Origin: Macrostomum hystrix
Lineage: Eukaryota > Animalia > Platyhelminthes
Assembly: GCA_950097015.1 (NCBI GenBank)
Contig: CATNEN010000007.1
Coordinates: 10,664,001 to 10,728,000 of the forward strand
DNA: 64,000 bases
Reading direction: 5' to 3'
Shown here in pieces: positions 35,001 through 46,216 of the stretch; position 1 is the first letter of the stretch, and each line of letters starts with the position of its first letter. The translations under genes and the position numbers were made by a program. Under the pieces are notes generated by a model that worked only from the letters and a program-made list of their open reading frames with translations, made no database searches and was not told the origin of the DNA.

Positions 35001-38000
35001 ACTTCAGGATATCCCCGATTAGAAATCGATTTTTTATGGGAGAACCCGTCAGAATCCCCAGCAGGTGCAACTGCGGCAATCTTTGATCCCCTGACCCGAG
35101 CGAACCCAGTCTGCACTAAAGCGCATATAAATATGATTTTTATTAGACACAGAGCATAACATTCAAACGCAGCCTCCCTCTGTGCTGGCGGAATCCGACC
35201 CGCCTGCTCAATCCCTCCGGCCTTGAGCTGCATGCCAAATCCCGGGATTCGGCTTGATTGAGTGGTGGGTCGCTGCCGCTGTGCCGCGCCTGTGGAAGGC
35301 GGCGGGACATTGCGCGGGCCTTCCAGCGGTCGGGGGAAGTGAATTATGCAAAAAGATTTCATTCTCTTTCTGCTCCCCTCCCCAATGACTGCGGAATTTA
35401 GCTCCCCAAGCTGATAGATAAATCTCCGGCTCGACGAAGCCGCTGCCGCCGCTGAACCACAAACGGTTCCCGGATCTGCGCTCGAAACAGGTTCAATGAT
35501 TCCCATAACCTCAAGGATCCCCTACCCTTGACTCAAATGATCCGGTCCCCTGACGCAAAGATCCCCTGACAAAAGATCCCCTTAACTAAAACCCCCCTGA
35601 CTCAAAGATCCCACTAACAAAAATCCCCTTGACTCAAAGATCGCACTAAAAAAATCCCCTTGACTCAAAGATCCCCTAACTCAAAGCTTCCAACTTGACT
35701 CAAAGATCCCCTAACTCAAAGCTCCCAACTTGACTCAAAGATCCCCTAACTCAAAGCTCCCAACTTGACTCAAAGATCCCCTAACTCAAAGCTCCCAACT
35801 TGACTCAAAGATCCCCTAACTCAAAGCTCCCAACTTGACTCAAAGATCCCCTAACTCAAAGCTCCCAACTTGACTCAAAGATCCCCTAACTCAAAGCTCC
35901 CAACTTGACTCAAAGATCCCCTAACTCAAAGCTCCCAACTTGACTCAAAGATCCCCTAACTCAAAGCTCCCAACTTGACTCAAAGATCCCCTAACTCAAA
36001 GCTCCCAACTTGACTCAAAGATCCCCTAACTCAAAGCTCCCCACATTGACTCAAAGATCCCCTAACGCAAAGCTCCCCACCTGGACTCAAAGATCCCCTA
36101 ACTCAAAGCTCCCCACCTAGACTCAAAGATCCCCTAACTCAAAGCTCCCCACCTGGACTCAAAGATCCCCTGACACAGAGATCCTGAGTCTTTAGTATTT
36201 CCTACCCCAAGCCTCTCGTCATGCCAGATTTTCCACGCAGATCCTTCATCGAAATCCCATGTGAAGTGCAGCTGCTAGATAAGCGATTCCCCTTACACAC
36301 AAGGACTGGCTTCGTGCTTGAGCAGGCAGTCCTGCTCCCCTCCAGGCTACCCACCGCACCCCGCATCCTCCGCGCTGCCCGGCCAACCATAAGTGATGAG
36401 GCCGCCTCATCCGAAACTTTGCTCAGCCTCGCTTCACTGCGCTTCCTGGAAATACACAAAAATAGACATGGAAGGAAATGAGACCGCCGCCCACCCTCCG
36501 ACTACCGAAGAAAAATCCCAGGTCCCTATTCAAGCAGCGAAACTTCCAACTGGCACCTTCATGAGAGTCATGAGAAGTCGAGGAAATGAGAATTCAGGGA
36601 ATTCATGAGTATTCAGGGAATTCATGAGTGTTCAGGGAATTCATGAGTATTTAGGGAATTCATGAGTATTCAGGGAATTCATGAGTATTCAGGGAATTCA
36701 TGAGTATTCAGGGAATTCATGAGTGTTCAGGGAATTCATGAGTATTCAGGGAATTCATGAGTATTCAGGGAATTCATGAGTATTCAGGGAATTCATGAGT
36801 ATTCAGGGAATTCATGAGTATTCAGGGAATTCATGAGTATTCAGGGAATTCATGAGTATTCAGGGAATTCATGAGTATTCAGGGAATTCATGAGTATTCA
36901 GGGAATTCATGAGTATTCAGGGAATTCATGAGTATTCAGGGAATTCATGAGTATTCAGGGAATTCATGAGTATTCAGGGAATTCATGAGTATTCAGGGAA
37001 TTCATGAGTATTCAGGGAATTCATGAGTATTCAGGGAATTCATGAGTATTCAGGGAATTCATGAGTATTCAGGGTATTCATGAGTATTCAGGGAATTCAT
37101 GAGTATTCAGGGAATTCATGAGTATTCAGGGAATTCATGAGTATTCAGGGAATTCATGAGTATTCAGGGAATTCATGAGTGTTCAGGGAATTCATGAGTA
37201 TTCAGGGAATTCATGAGTGTTCAGGGAATTCATGAGTATTCAGGGAATTCATGAGAGTTCTGAGCTACAAACTACACCCGAGTCAGATCCGACTTCGCAG
37301 TAAGGAAATATTCGTAAAAACTTTTTTTGCTCGAAAATGAGAGGAATAAAGTCAACCGGTTTCCCCTCAATTTTGCAGTCAGACTGAGCACTTTTCACAA
37401 TTTCCTTAATCCGAATGAGCTTCGCAGACTAGCAAATTTATGTAGAAAAACTTTTCGGAGTTCGGTCCAGTTGACGAGACAAATTCGGCAGAATTCGATG
37501 ATCTCAACCTATTCCCAAGTAGATTGGGATCGGACAAGTGGATAACTGCTCAGTTGAGGATTTGGATAACTGCTCAGTTGAGGATTTGGATAACTGCTCA
37601 GTTGGGATTTGGATAACTGCTCAGTTGAGGATTTGGATAACTGCTCAGTTGAGGATTTGGATAACCGTTCAGTTGAGAATTTGGATAACCGTTCAGTTGA
37701 GGATTTGGATAAGTTCTCAGATGAGGATCTGGACAACTGACGCGAGCATATCAAAATTCTCTCATATAATTGTGCCACCGCAGAAAACGCGTCATCATCA
37801 GCTTTCAGTTCTGCTTTCGATGCTTTCCAAGATCTGCAGTCGCATGCTACTGACACCAATTTAATTGGTTGATATGAAACCACTCAGTTCGCTTGGAATG
37901 CCTTCAAAACTTCTAAAATTGACATTCAGACTCGCATTGACTGTCAGAGCCGTGACTGGCTTTGACACAACATTGCCTGTGTTTACGAACCTCAGAAATG

Positions 38001-41000
38001 TTGCTAAACTCAAATGTTACTAGTATAAGTCTGTCGACAAAGCGAAATTAAAAAAATCAAATAAACAAACTTCAGCAGCTCCCGCTCCATCACCAATGAC
38101 TCACAGATCTCTAACCAATGACTGCCTGCTCCATCACCAATGACTCACAGATCTCTAACCAATGACTGCCTGCTCCATCACCAATGACTCACAGATCTCT
38201 AACCAATGACTGCCTGCTCCATCACCAATGACTCACAGATCTCTAACCAATGACTGCCTGCTCCATCACCAATGACTCACAGATCTCTAACCAATGACTG
38301 CCTGCTCCATCACCAATGACTCACATATCCCTCACCAATGACTGCCTGCTCCATCACCAATGACTCCCATATCCCTCACCAATGACTGCCTGCTCCATCA
38401 CCAATGACTCACAGATCCATCACCAATGACTCACAGATCCATCACCAATGACTCCCATATCCCTCACCAATGACTGCCTGCTCCATCACCAATGACTCCC
38501 ATATCCCTCACCAATGGCTGAGAATTGCTGATTCGACTGATTTCCCCAAATCATCACCAAATCATCACCAAATCATCACCAAATCATCACCGAATCATCC
38601 CAAATCATCCCCACTCAGGCAATTCGTATGCCTGGAGCAGCGACCGGCCGCATGGCAACGCCTCAGTTGAGTACCTGCTCAAGCAGCACCTGCTCAAGGG
38701 CTATGACATCACTAGCCGGCCTGTGCGCAAGGACGGCACCCCGGTTGAGACCAAGATTGGCATGTCTCTGTTTCACATTCTGGACACTGTGAGTCCATCA
38801 TACAGTACACATTGAACTTCTAGATTCTCAGTCACGAGCGGCCAGTCAGTCGACTCTATGAGCATTTTACTCAAAGGAATGATTGAATTGATATTCAGCA
38901 AGTGTGCTCACTGCGTGCTCAGGAGATCGGTGGAGTAATTAAATGGCCGCGGACCAGACGCACTTCCTGTCCGGCCCTCGGCTGGTCCATGATGGCTGCT
39001 CAATCGCCGGTTATCAGCAGCCGCCTCAACCCCCGCCACGGCGTGAATTTCTGCCTTCCAAAACTTGAGAGAGACTCGAATCTCAGGGAGAGGCCGCTGT
39101 GCCTCCGGTTCCCATTCACAGCCAGGGCTGGGGGGGGGCCAGACCCGTGACAGCCCGCTTTGCAAGTCAATGACGGAAAATGCCGGACACATTTACATCA
39201 GCCATATTTTTTAGAATTTCATTAGCATAAGACTCGGACACGGCCACGCCTCTCAGCCGCAATGTTCCCTATCTGTCTAGCATCCAATTTTGTCTCAGCT
39301 CAGACTTAGCCGCGTGAACTTCTCATCCCCGCCTGCTCAGCCCATCTTAGAGCACTCGCTCGCCTTGCGTGACCAGCCCACCCCGATTAGAACTGGGATC
39401 AAGCGGAGGTGGAAGGCACTCGGGAGCATCATTAGTGAGGCCCGCTCTCCGCTAGTCCTGGATGTCTATTGTGATGATTTTGTGAAGCGGTGAAAAGGCA
39501 ATCAAAAAATAAACAAATGAATTCCAAATGGATGACTCTCTGAGTTCGATTCGGCAACTCAATTGAGTTCACTTGGCATTGGAAAATTAGTCCTGAGGCG
39601 ACTGGCTGCGTCTTGAAATACAGAATTCAAGAACAGCAATTGACAGCCATATTTTGTATTTCAATCTCGGTGGCGAAACAACAAATTGCAGAACGAGCGA
39701 CACCAGACCATCTCAGCGCAGGTGTCGATTCGGGTGGTGAGTTGTGAGCTGATTTATTTTAGCGTTTATTGTAGCGTTTCTCAAGTTTTAAACTGAGACA
39801 CTGCAAATCTGCAGCACTGGTGGGACGAGTACCTCACTTGGGACACGAGCGTCTATCCCATCAGCAAATTCTGGATTCCCGCCAAGAGCATCTGGCGGCC
39901 AGACCTCATTATAACAAACTAGTGAGCTCGATATAACAATATTTATCTGTTGTGAACTTTAACAACCCATGATCTTCCCCTTGAAGAGCCATCCAGTCTC
40001 TGATCCTCAGACTGAGCAGCCATCCAGTCTCTGATCCTCAGACTGAGCAGCCATCCAGTCTCTGATCCTCAGACTGAGCAGCCATCCAGTCTCTGATCTC
40101 AGACTGAGCAGCCATCCAGTCACTGATCCTCAGACTGAGCAGCCATCCAGTCTCTGATCTCAGACTGAGCACCCATCCAGTCTCCGATCCTCAGGTTGAG
40201 CAGCCATCCAGTCTCTGATCCTCAGACTGAGCAGCCATCCAGTCTCTGATCTCAGACTGAGCAGCCATCCAGTCACTGATCCTCAGACTGAGCAGCCATC
40301 CAGTCTCTGATCTCAGACTGAGCAGCCATCCAGTCTCTGATCTCAGACTGAGCAGCCATCCAGTCTCTGGTCTCAGACTGAGCAGCCATCCAGTCTCTGA
40401 TCTCAGACTGAGCAGCCATCCAGTCTCTGATCTCAGACTGAGCAGCCATCCAGTCTCTGATCCTCAGACTGAGCAGCCATCCAGTCTCTGATCTCAGACT
40501 GAGCAGCCATCCAGTCTCTGATCTCAGACTGAGCAGCCATCCAGTCTCTGATCTCAGACTGAGCAGCCATCCAGTCTCTGATCTCAGACTGAGCAGCCAT
40601 CCAGTCTCTGATCTCAGACTGAGCAGCCATCCAGTCTCTGATCTCAGACTGAGCAGCCATCTAATCTCGCATCCTAAACTGCTCCTCAAATCCCGCAGCG
40701 CCAACGATGAGTACTCAGACTACATGAACACCAATGCTATAGTGGAGCACAATGGCAAGATCATGTGGACCTTTCCCATTGTGGTGAAGATGTACTGCAC
40801 TCTTGACGTGCGCTTCTTCCCGTTCGACACCCAGGAGTGTAACATGACCTTCGTGTCCTGGACCTACGACGGCTTCCAGGTGGCACTGAACCACACCGGG
40901 CAGGCGGACCAGAAGGTCTACTACAACGCCCGCAACCAAGAGTGGAAGGTCACGGGCATCACGCCCTACCAGCAGTTCAACCAGTACCCCTGCTGCGAGT

Positions 41001-42129
41001 CGCCTTTCCCCGTCATCCACTTCACCATCCACATGTACCGGCGCTGCCTGTTCTACGTGATCAACCTGATCTGCCCCTGCCTGCTCATCTACTTCGTGTC
41101 CTTCCTGGGCTTCTACCTGCCCATCGAGTCCGGCGAGAAGGTCAACCTGGAGATCACCGTGCTGCTGGCCCTGGTTGTGTTCCTGCTCATGGTCAGCGAG
41201 ACCATGCCGCCAACGCCAGATGCCATTCCCATCCTGGGTGAGCAGCCCAGTCTGTATGAGCAGCCCAGTCTGTATGAGCAGCCCAGTCTGTATGAGCAGC
41301 CCAGTCTGTATGAGCAGCCCAGTCTGTATGAGCAGCCCAGTCTGTATGAGCAGCCCAGTCTGTATGAGCAGCCCAGTCTGTATGACACCCCGGGTCCGTG
41401 AGCACCCCGGGTTGAATGAGCAGAGTGAGCACCCCAGTCTGTCTTGAGAACCAGAGCAGTAAAAAGCCTTTGAGAGTAGTTAAAGCTTGCAAGAAACGAA
41501 CATAAAACGAGTAAAAGGCAAATCAAAGCGCCCTGTTGCCCGCAGGCCTGCTGTTCACGGTCACCATGACGATGGTGGCGCTGGCGGTGGTGATGGCGGT
41601 CATCGTTACTCAGGTGTTCTTCTCGCAGCCGCAGGAGCAGCCGCCATTCTTCGCAATGCGCCTTTCGCGACTCTACCGTCGCTGGAACCAGCAGCCGCGG
41701 CCACCGCAGGGCCTCCTGGCACAGAAGGGCATCGCCAGGATGCGCCGCATCGAAGTTGACGCCGTCAGCCTCGACTCCTTCGAAGTCGGTGGCGGTGGCG
41801 GCATCGGTGAGGTGCCGCCCTCGGCGCTGTATTTCAAAGGCGCGCTGGCCGCCGGTGCGGCCTCGAGCAGCAGGGGCAACGGCTGCCTGCCGTCGGGAAG
41901 TGGTGGCGACTCCGTCGGCATCAATAGACGCCGAGGAAACGACGGCGACGAGGAGGCGGCGCCACAGTTAGCGCGGACGCCCGTCACGATCGACTACTCG
42001 GAGGACTGGAAGTTCGCGGCGTTCGCGCTGGACCGCATTTTTTTCTGGACATTCAGCCTGCTGACCGCATGCATGTTCCTGGCAGTCTGCTGGGTCGCCT
42101 TCCCCGCCTTCTTCGAAGATCATTCGTGA
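32074..42129 (+). CDS. Nicotinic acetylcholine receptor alpha-type subunit (cation-type, divergent)
   Basis: Exons 32074-32140 (signal peptide), 38619-38788, 39692-39736 (45-nt exon typical of the family), 39815-39921, 40699-41237, 41546-42129; phases consistent. Cys-loop CTLDVRFFPFDTQEC, loop B WTYDG, loop C YPCC, GEK before M2, M4 WKFAAFALDRIF. Confidence 0.92.
32321..33247. repeat. Compound minisatellite: 22-bp GGGATCTGAGAGTCATGATTGT then 25-26-bp GGGATGTGGGATCTAAGAGTCATTT
   Basis: Unit switch near 32660. Confidence 0.95.
33790..34942. repeat. Minisatellite, 20-bp unit GGGATCCAGGACATTCTT(T/C)T
   Basis: nAChR intron 1. Confidence 0.95.
35545..36173. repeat. Minisatellite, 35-bp unit GACTCAAAGATCCCCTAACTCAAAGCTCCCAACTT
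   Basis: Dimer of two related sub-units; degenerate monomers on the left. Confidence 0.95.
36590..37255. repeat. Minisatellite, 19-bp unit GGGAATTCATGAGTATTCA
   Basis: Near-palindromic unit. Confidence 0.95.
37538..37730. repeat. Minisatellite, 24-bp unit GGATAACTGCTCAGTTGAGGATTT
   Basis: About 8 copies. Confidence 0.9.
38085..38610. repeat. Minisatellite, 44-bp unit CTCCATCACCAATGACTCACAGATCTCTAACCAATGACTGCCTG, followed by 11-bp AAATCATCACC copies
   Basis: Immediately upstream of the acceptor at 38618. Confidence 0.9.
39988..40661. repeat. Minisatellite, 29-30-bp unit GCCATCCAGTCTCTGATC(C)TCAGACTGAGCA
   Basis: nAChR intron 4. Confidence 0.95.
41240..41384. repeat. Minisatellite, 18-bp unit GAGCAGCCCAGTCTGTAT
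   Basis: Starts inside the donor GTGAG at 41238. Confidence 0.95.
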
Positions 42130-43376
42130 CCTGCGGACGAGTGCTTGAGCACTGCACAAGTACATGCACTAAGTGAAATGTTCTTTAAGTTCAAGTACTC
42201 ATGCACAACACAAAAAGAGTACGTGAGCTGGTTGGTATAAGGCGCATATTAATATTTACGTACTGTACACTCCACGGATGCAGCGTTTGGTTTGGCTATA
42301 CTACTGACGGTTAGTAGGTGGAGCAAAACTGTTTTCTTCATTTTAAAACTATCATTATCACATACTTCCAGATCCATACTCACAGCTGATGCCATAAAAA
42401 CACTAAAGTACAACTGAGATCTAAATTATTTATTGAAATTGTGTGATTGCACTTTTATGACAGTACGGCGTATTTTGCTTAACTAAAAGTACATGTACAA
42501 TCGCACTTTTCTGGACGGTTGAAGTGCAGATGCACTAAAAAGAAAAAAATTAAATGGAAACTGAATGGAAAACGGCAAAAGCTGACATTTTAGGCCTGCC
42601 AAAGAGAAAAAAGAAAACTTGGTGATGAGGCTAATGAGGCCGGAGGCTCGTTTATTAACCGGAAAATTTAATTTAAACAGAACAAAGACTTATTGACTGA
42701 CCTGATTTCTCTCGCGCAATACGCTAAGGCAGAACTGCTTGATTAACGTTTGGAAAGGGAATTTAAGTAGAAGGGAAAAGTGGGCGATGGCAGAATGAGA
42801 AGCGAGCAAAGCACAACAGCAGCAGAGAACAAAGGCGAGGGTGTCGACTAAAGTCAGGAAGCTGACAATGGGTGCTGAATTGCTACTGGCCTTGGGCACA
42901 GCATTAAAACTAATTAGAAAACTGAAATTCAAGCAGCAGCCAATGAGCCGACATTGGCAATGCGGGCTTTAATCTGAATATTAATAAGATGAAGCAATAA
43001 TTACTGGCGCACAGCTGTGGCAATGAAGCGATTAAATAAACAGAAACCGGTTCGGTCGCCAAGGTCTCAGGAGTTCTGCTTTCAAGAATTTACCTAAATA
43101 CAATAAAATCTCAGCACACTACTGCGAGTAGAGCAGAACGGGACGAGAGAAAACATGTAAAACTAACCAACCAAAGCAAATCGCTGAGCGGAACTAAGTG
43201 GAGATTCTGGTAATAGTATCATCGACCCTTTTATCCAATGCTACCGTAGGCGTTTTGGTTGGTTGGTTTAGAAACCTAACGATTCTACCGCCCATGTCCG
43301 CCAAGCAAGTTTTAAGAGATAAAAAATCCAATGGCGACGCTCTCGCTGTGTCCGCCCAAGGCCGGACAGACCCCGC

Positions 43377-43907
43377 CTACTCCGTGGCCTCCCGCTTCGA
43401 GGGCGGGCAGATCAGCACAGGCCTGTAGGCGTGGTGCAGCACGTAGTCGCTGACGGAGCCGAGGAATGTGCGGCGCAGGGTGCCGAGGCCGCGGCTGCCC
43501 AGCACCAGCATGTCGGCCGCGTGCTCCTCAGCGGCCTGGACGATGGCTTCGCCCGGCTCGCCGGACACCGGCAGGAAGGAGAAGTGCTTGACGCCCAGCT
43601 CGCGGCAGGTGTCCTTCCAGCGCTTCTCCTGGCGCTTGGCCTCGGCCAGCTGGTCCTCGAGCAGCTCGGTGTGGCGCTTCAAGAAGTTGTCGCTAACGTT
43701 CAACACCACGGGGGCGCTGGGCGGCTCGACGGCGTGGACCAGCAGCAGGACATCGGTCACGCGGCGGACCTCGCGCATGTAATAGTCGAATGCGCGGCGG
43801 CAGTGAACGGACCCGTCAACCGCCAGCAGCACAACCCGCATGGACTCTTCGACTGTGGCCTGCGGCTGGGCCGGGACATCACCTCCGGCGATTGGTGGGC
43901 TGGCCAT
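43377..43907 (-). CDS. Universal stress protein (UspA domain), intronless CDS
   Basis: VLLAVDGS..AF, LLVHAVE, GEPGEAIV..A, and ATP-binding motif G-2x-G-9x-GS (GSRGLGTLRRTFLGSVS). Confidence 0.92.
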   Translation of the reverse strand: MASPPIAGGDVPAQPQATVEESMRVVLLAVDGSVHCRRAFDYYMREVRRVTDVLLLVHAVEPPSAPVVLNVSDNFLKRHTELLEDQLAEAKRQEKRWKDTCRELGVKHFSFLPVSGEPGEAIVQAAEEHAADMLVLGSRGLGTLRRTFLGSVSDYVLHHAYRPVLICPPSKREATE

Positions 43908-44004
43908 GGCTGCGAGCTGCGGGCTGGTGAGCCATGGGATCTGCGATCGGCTGGGAACCTGGGAGGGTGGCTACCCAGACATGGGATCAGAGATCAGCTG
44001 GAAG

Positions 44005-44481
44005 TCTGGGAGAGTGGAGGCTTTAGATTTGAGTATCTGGGATAGTGGAGGCTTTAGATTTGAGTATCTGGGATAGTGGAGGCTTTAGATTTGAGTATCT
44101 GGGAGAGTGGAGGCTTTAGATTTGAGCATCTGGGAGAGTGGAGGCTTTAGATTTGAGTATCTGGGATAGTGGAGGCTTTAGATTTGAGTATCTGGGAGAG
44201 TGGAGGCTTTAGATTTGAGTATCTGGGAGAGTGGAGGCTTTAGATTTGAGTATCTGGGATAGTGGAGGCTTTAGATTTGAGTATCTGGGAGAGTGGAGGC
44301 TTTAGATTTGAGCATCTGGGAGAGTGGAGGCTTTAGATTTGAGTATCTGGGATAGTGGAGGCTTTAGATTTGAGTATCTGGGAGAGTGGAGGCTTTAGAT
44401 TTGAGTATCTGGGAGAGTGGAGGCTTTAGATTTGAGTATCTGGGAGAGTGGAGGCTTTAGATTTGAGTATCTGGGATAGTG
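44005..44481. repeat. Minisatellite, 31-bp unit GTGGAGGCTTTAGATTTGAGTATCTGGGA(T/G)A
   Basis: Just upstream of the USP coding region. Confidence 0.95.
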
Positions 44482-45458
44482 GCAGTAAAGTTAAGGCGAG
44501 TTAATGAGGCTTTAGGAGTACATAATTGAATGTGAGCAGTCGTTTTCTTGAGCACGTTTGCGATGTCCTTTATAAGCCTGTTGTGCCCGATAGAAACTGA
44601 CAGTAAAAACGCGAGCTGGCACGGCGATAAGAAGTGAGCCGATCTCAAACTTGAGCAGCAGAAAGAGTGTGATAAGAGCATAGCAGATTACTGGAACAAG
44701 ACACACCCGAGCCTCACTGCCTGTAATCTAGAATGGAGAGTTTTTAGAATAGCTAGCAGACCTTATACTGAATTCGTCTGGGCAAGGTAAAGAAACAAGC
44801 AGCAGGACTTGCTGGTCAAAGTTCGATCAATTCCTTGCACTTTGAAGGACTTATACAAACATTTTCCGTCTAAAATAGGCATACAAAAGTGTGAGCAGAA
44901 AAGGCAGCAAAGAGCACATAGTGGAAGAGACGGCGGCATGAGGCTTTTGGCCATAGACAGTAGCTGGAAAGCACCCCTGCAGTTTAATGATAGCAGTATG
45001 CGGAAGCGCGCAAGCAGTACAAAAGTCTGGTACAAGTTGCACTCACACTCAAGGTGCGTTATAAAAGTGCAAGTTAAAACTGTTGTATAAAATTGTTGCT
45101 CACAAAACATGAGGCATCATGCAAGCTGGTGCATGCGAGATAATGCAGCTCCGCAATCTCATATACAATATGCTATACAATAGTGTACAGACCACTATAG
45201 AGAACTCTAAGCTAAGTGAAAACAAAGGGTAAAATGACAAATATATAAATATATATATATCATATTCAATGACAAAAGCTAATGAAACAAAGTGCAAATC
45301 ATGAATGCATAGAAAAACAATTCATTGTCTAGTTATAATAGTGATTTAGTTCACCTGTGGAACTGTTAATACTAGACTCAGAGGGAACTGGACCTGGGCT
45401 CTATTGCAATACGGTGCCATTCCCTGTTAACACATGATTCCGCATCTAGCTGGGCATA

Positions 45459-46200
45459 GATCAGCGACTCCCACACCTCACTGTCCTAGACCCGAACTCA
45501 AATAAATCAGCGACTCCCACACCTCACTGTCCTAGACCCGAGCTCAAATAAATCAGCAACTCTCACACCTCACTGTCCTAGACCCGAGCTCAAATAAATC
45601 AGCGACTCCCACACCTCACTGTCCTAGACCCGAGCTCAAATAAATCGGCGACTCTCACACCTCACTGTCCTAGACCCGAGCTCAAATAAATCAGTAACTC
45701 TCACACCTCACTGTCCTAGACCCGAACTCAAATAAATCAGCGACTCTCACACCTCACTGTCCTAGACCCGAGCTCAAATAAATCAGCAACTCTCACACCT
45801 CACTGTCCTAGACCCGAGCTCAAATAAATCAGCAACTCTCACACCTCACTGTCCAAGACCCGAGCTCAAATAAATCAGCGACTCTCACACCTCACTGTCT
45901 TAGACCCGAGCTCAAATAAATCGGCGACTCTCACACCTCACTGTCCTAGACCCGAGCTCAAATAAATCGGCGACTCTCACACCTCACTGTCCTAGACCCG
46001 AGCTCAAATAAATCAGCAACTCTCACACCTCACTGTCCTAGACCCGAGCTCAAATAAATCAGCGACTCTCACACCTCACTGTCTTAGACCCGAGCTCAAA
46101 TAAATCGGCGACTCTCACACCTCACTGTCCTAGACCCGAGCTCAAATAAATCAGCAACTCTCACACCTCACTGTCCTAGACCCGAGCTCAAATAAATCGG
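45459..46200. repeat. Minisatellite, 46-bp unit ATCAGCGACTCTCACACCTCACTGTCCTAGACCCGAGCTCAAATAA
   Basis: Begins ~17 nt after the SUFU stop codon. Confidence 0.95.
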
Positions 46201-46216
46201 CGGCAAGCTCGAGTGC

